The position numbers and the translations under genes are program-made. A stretch of DNA of 64,000 nt from contig OZ286464.1 of NCBI GenBank assembly GCA_965644265.1, positions 30,504,001 to 30,568,000 of the forward strand. The letters run 5' to 3'. Source of the DNA: Glycera tridactyla (Eukaryota). Below, piece after piece: positions 62,869 to 64,000 of this stretch. How positions within the stretch are numbered: the stretch's first letter is position 1; every line of letters starts with the position of its first letter. Below the pieces are notes generated by a model. The model saw nothing but the letters and a program-made list of their open reading frames with translations. It had not been told where the DNA came from and ran no database searches.

Positions 62869-64000
62869 CTATATCTTGAGGTTCCTCAGAGCAGCTTGCC
62901 TTCTAGTCACAGGCCCATCCGAGCGCACCCTTTCCTGATTCGCTGGTCTCATATTTTCCCTAGCTACCTGCCTACCCGTGGGTTGATTTCTTCTCATTAT
63001 TGTAGGATCTGGGTGTACTCTATTCATCTCTGGCACTGGCGGTTCTCTGGGTATTCTACGGATCCGGCTGTCTTCCTCTTCCCTATACAAGGATAATTTG
63101 TTACCATGTATAAGAGATGTGACCAGCATATTTGTCCGTTCATCCTGTAATCTATACAAAACCCCGCCAAGTGTATCGGTGATACGATATGGCCCCAATC
63201 GTTGGGAGTCTGTCTTTCCAACCGCCTGTCCTGCAGGTCTGGCGGTCTTCATCCAGACTAGGTCTCCTATTTGGAATTGCAAGTTATTAACCTGATGTCG
63301 TTTCTCATAAACTGCCTTATACTTCCTTGCAGATTCCTCTATATTCTTTCGGGCCAATTCTCGATGATAGGTTAATTCTGGTAGTAACACCTCTAGAACT
63401 TCTTGTTCATTGGATCCTAATTTCTCAGGGTCTCGAATTTGGCAATACTCGCCCAAATATGTATCCACTCCAGTGGCCAAAAACATTGGAGCGTACCCTG
63501 ATGTCTGTGATATCGTAGTATTAAGATTCAGCCTTACCACAGACAGATATCGTACCCACTCTTTCGTTTTGCTTACTAGCATCCTCATCATGGTTAATAT
63601 GGAACTATTTACTCTCTCCACTTTTGCATTCGATTCTGGTCTGTGACTACTCGTGAACAGCCTTTTATAACCCATTATCTCTGCCAGGCTCTTCATCAAG
63701 ATGCTGCGAAAACTTTGGTGTCTGTCGGTGGTCAAAATGACAGGACATCCATGCCTACATACCCATTCTCTAAAGAAAGCCTTCGCCAAGGTCTCAGCTT
63801 TCTCATTGGGTACAGCTACCATCTCCACAAATGACGAGAATGAATCTATCATAACTAGTAATTTTGTATGTCCCGTATTTGGATCGGCTGGAAGGGATAG
63901 GACGTCCATATGGACGTGATACCAAATAGGGAACACCTGCCTCAATTCTAGGGGCGCCTTGAAGGAATTATAGGGTCTTTTTCCCCGGCCACAAACTTTA
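62869..64000 (-). CDS. pol: Pol C-terminus: Ty3/Gypsy integrase (5' part outside the window)
   Basis: The frame is open from 63999 (KVCGRGK, end of the zinc finger). HMDV, TTDR and KVERVN give D,D35E. FQIGDLVWMK...LGPYRI is the GPY/F motif. Basic tail without a chromodomain. Confidence 0.95.
   Translation of the reverse strand, partial: KVCGRGKRPYNSFKAPLELRQVFPIWYHVHMDVLSLPADPNTGHTKLLVMIDSFSSFVEMVAVPNEKAETLAKAFFREWVCRHGCPVILTTDRHQSFRSILMKSLAEIMGYKRLFTSSHRPESNAKVERVNSSILTMMRMLVSKTKEWVRYLSVVRLNLNTTISQTSGYAPMFLATGVDTYLGEYCQIRDPEKLGSNEQEVLEVLLPELTYHRELARKNIEESARKYKAVYEKRHQVNNLQFQIGDLVWMKTARPAGQAVGKTDSQRLGPYRITDTLGGVLYRLQDERTNMLVTSLIHGNKLSLYREEEDSRIRRIPREPPVPEMNRVHPDPTIMRRNQPTGRQVARENMRPANQERVRSDGPVTRRQAALRNLKI

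Larger units (their letters stand above)
52507..64000 (-). mobile_element. Env-bearing Ty3/Gypsy LTR retrotransposon (endogenous retrovirus-like), 3' part; continues beyond the window
   Basis: Order on the minus strand: integrase with GPY/F motif, antisense ORF, env, long 3' UTR, PPT, LTR. All long ORFs are uninterrupted. Confidence 0.9.

Overview
Repeat-rich animal (invertebrate-like) genomic DNA with microsatellites, a 32-bp minisatellite and many N runs. I could not support any host protein-coding gene. Two regions stand out. (1) 26.2-34.3 kb is a nest of DNA transposons: an apparently intact, intron-containing pogo/Tigger element (29583-32759, 525-aa DD29D transposase) sits inside a repeat whose paralogous copy shows the empty TA site. 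The nest is bracketed by two inverted arms carrying arrays of a doubly palindromic 20-bp unit. (2) 52.5-64 kb is the 3' part of an apparently intact minus-strand Ty3/Gypsy element organised like a complex retrovirus: integrase (open to the window edge), a 321-codon antisense ORF, a 1066-aa F-type envelope gene with three furin sites and a second membrane domain, a ~4.3-kb 3' UTR, a PPT and a ~717-bp LTR. The most unusual signal is in that 3' UTR. Three copies of a ~85-95-nt hairpin carry 18-nt loops and compensatory stem changes, and the loops are complementary to two separate downstream/upstream 24-26-nt partner sites that co-vary with their own loop. All alignments and structures were derived by eye, with no folding or database searches.
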